The translations under genes were made by a program, and so were the position numbers. A stretch of DNA of 64,000 bases from Mustelus asterias (taxonomy: Eukaryota): the NCBI RefSeq assembly GCF_964213995.1, contig NW_027590264.1:1-64000 (forward strand). The letters run 5' to 3'. The notes under the pieces were generated by a model, which saw only the letters and a list, made by a program, of their open reading frames with translations, made no database searches and was not told the origin of the DNA. This document shows, in pieces, positions 62,716-64,000 of this stretch (positions within the stretch are counted from its first letter, which is position 1; the number at the start of each line of letters is the position of its first letter).

Positions 62716-62761
62716 CGGGCAGCAAGACCATTATTATCAGCAAACAAAGTAAGGAGCACAT
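62716..62761 (-). CDS. TRAV/DV: Leader (L-part1) exon of a TCR alpha/delta variable gene segment, MCSLLCLLIIMVLLP+G
   Basis: Minus strand reads acaccATG TGC TCC TTA CTT TGT TTG CTG ATA ATA ATG GTC TTG CTG CCC G|GTGAGT: a hydrophobic signal peptide ending in a phase-1 donor. It splices in frame across a 193-nt intron (62523-62715) to the V exon. Confidence 0.9.
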
Positions 62762-63611
62762 GGTGTCTGGTTTCGGGTTCGGCAGAAATGAAGCAGTATT
62801 TGAAATGTGTTGACATTTCTGTTCTAATATTCAAGCGGAAATTCACATCAGCGGGAACGTAATTTACTCAGAAATTATGGGGCGTTTCCCAGCGACAGGA
62901 TTGGCCGCTTTCTCAGGATTGATGGTCGTCGGGCATCAATCAGCGTTCGCTCGACTAATAAGTTCTGAGTTTCTCTTTCTCCCTGTCTTTCGAGGGTTCT
63001 CTGGCTCTCTCTTCGTTTGGAGCCTGTCTATCTCGCTCTGTTATTCCGCCTCTGTTTGTCTCGCCCCCATTGCTCTGCTTCTGACCGTCTCTGTCTTCGC
63101 ACTGGCTCTACATTCTTATCTTTCTCCCCTTCTCCCTAAAATTCAGAGTTCAGACAATCCGATTTCCCTCACTCTCCTATTTCAATGAATCCACTAAGTT
63201 ACTCATTCTTTTGGTGCAACAAATGTAGAAAACGTTAATAACCAGAAGTTGCGAGGTAAATTATGATGGAAATATTTAAATGTAAATAACTAAAGAATAT
63301 AGGAAATGAATGTGAATCCAGGGTCATATTTACATCTTGTGTTGTTATTTTAGGAAAGGCATCTTATCGGAATCTTGAGGGCTTCATATTGTTTAGAATG
63401 AGTTTTATAACCACTATTTATTGAATAAAGCGAATCGCCAGCAATTAAAATAACGATGTTATTATCTCTCATGTATACGTTCAACTGTGTTCAATTGCAT
63501 TGGAATAGTAAAAGGATGAACAAGAATAATGCAACATAATCACCAGTAGTAACGACCTTCTGTAATTTGAGAATTCGATGATTTTGCAGGAAATGACCAG
63601 TTACCTCAGAT

Positions 63612-63629
63612 TGCCGCCAGATGGCGGTG
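63612..63629 (+). promoter_or_regulatory. Putative CTCF-binding element upstream of the V gene
   Basis: TGCCGCCAGATGGCGGTG closely matches the CTCF core and sits in a short CpG-rich patch. Confidence 0.55.
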
Positions 63630-63877
63630 CCTCACCATGTTTGTGTGTTTACTGCAGCGGGTCCGGGAAGCTTTACTCGGCGGTTCTGCTGCTGGTCTGG
63701 TTTCCTCGGGCATCCAGAAGCTCTCGGAAATAACCCTGTCGGTATCATGTACTATGTTATATTATGTTGTGTTAAGGAATGAAGATGAACGAATGGAAAG
63801 ACAGTGGGTGAATTCGAGGCCGAGGCCGTGATAGAAGTCAAGGCACAGATTAGGAGGGACAGATGGAGAAATCAGAG

Positions 63878-64000
63878 AAACCCTACAGTGCAGAAAGAGG
63901 CCATTCGGCCCATCGAGTCTGCACCGACCACAATCCCACCCAGGCTCTACCCCCATATCCCTACACATTTACCCACTAATCCCTCTAACCTACACATCTA
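63878..64000 (-). mobile_element. HE1-like SINE 3' end, running off the window
   Basis: CCCTACAGTGCAGAAAGAGGCCATTCGGCCCATCGAGTCTGCACCGACCAC. Confidence 0.8.

Overview
Repeat-rich vertebrate genomic DNA, very probably from a shark or other elasmobranch (HE1-type V-SINEs, CR1/HER1 LINE fragments, a 69-bp satellite). Bases 1-39.5 kb are a nested tandem array: three 10.5-15 kb segmental-duplication units plus a truncated fourth. Each unit is a nested CR1 pair, SINEs, about 0.85 kb of non-repetitive sequence, and alternating (GA/GT)n microsatellite and 69-bp satellite cassettes. Bases 40-52 kb are an older duplication mosaic that holds three ~915-bp tandem units, each with a clean 102-nt symmetric exon. 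Bases 52.5-56.1 kb are strand-asymmetric G-rich minisatellites. The only confidently identified gene is an intact T-cell-receptor alpha/delta-type V segment on the minus strand (leader 62716-62761, V exon 62219-62522, RSS with 22-nt spacer). It has a CTCF-like motif 25 bp beyond its RSS, and about 1.7 kb further on lies a 7-copy minisatellite whose monomer resembles a 12-RSS. Most long ORFs in the track are microsatellite or N-run artefacts. Repeat family names come from recalled consensus features and were not checked against a database.
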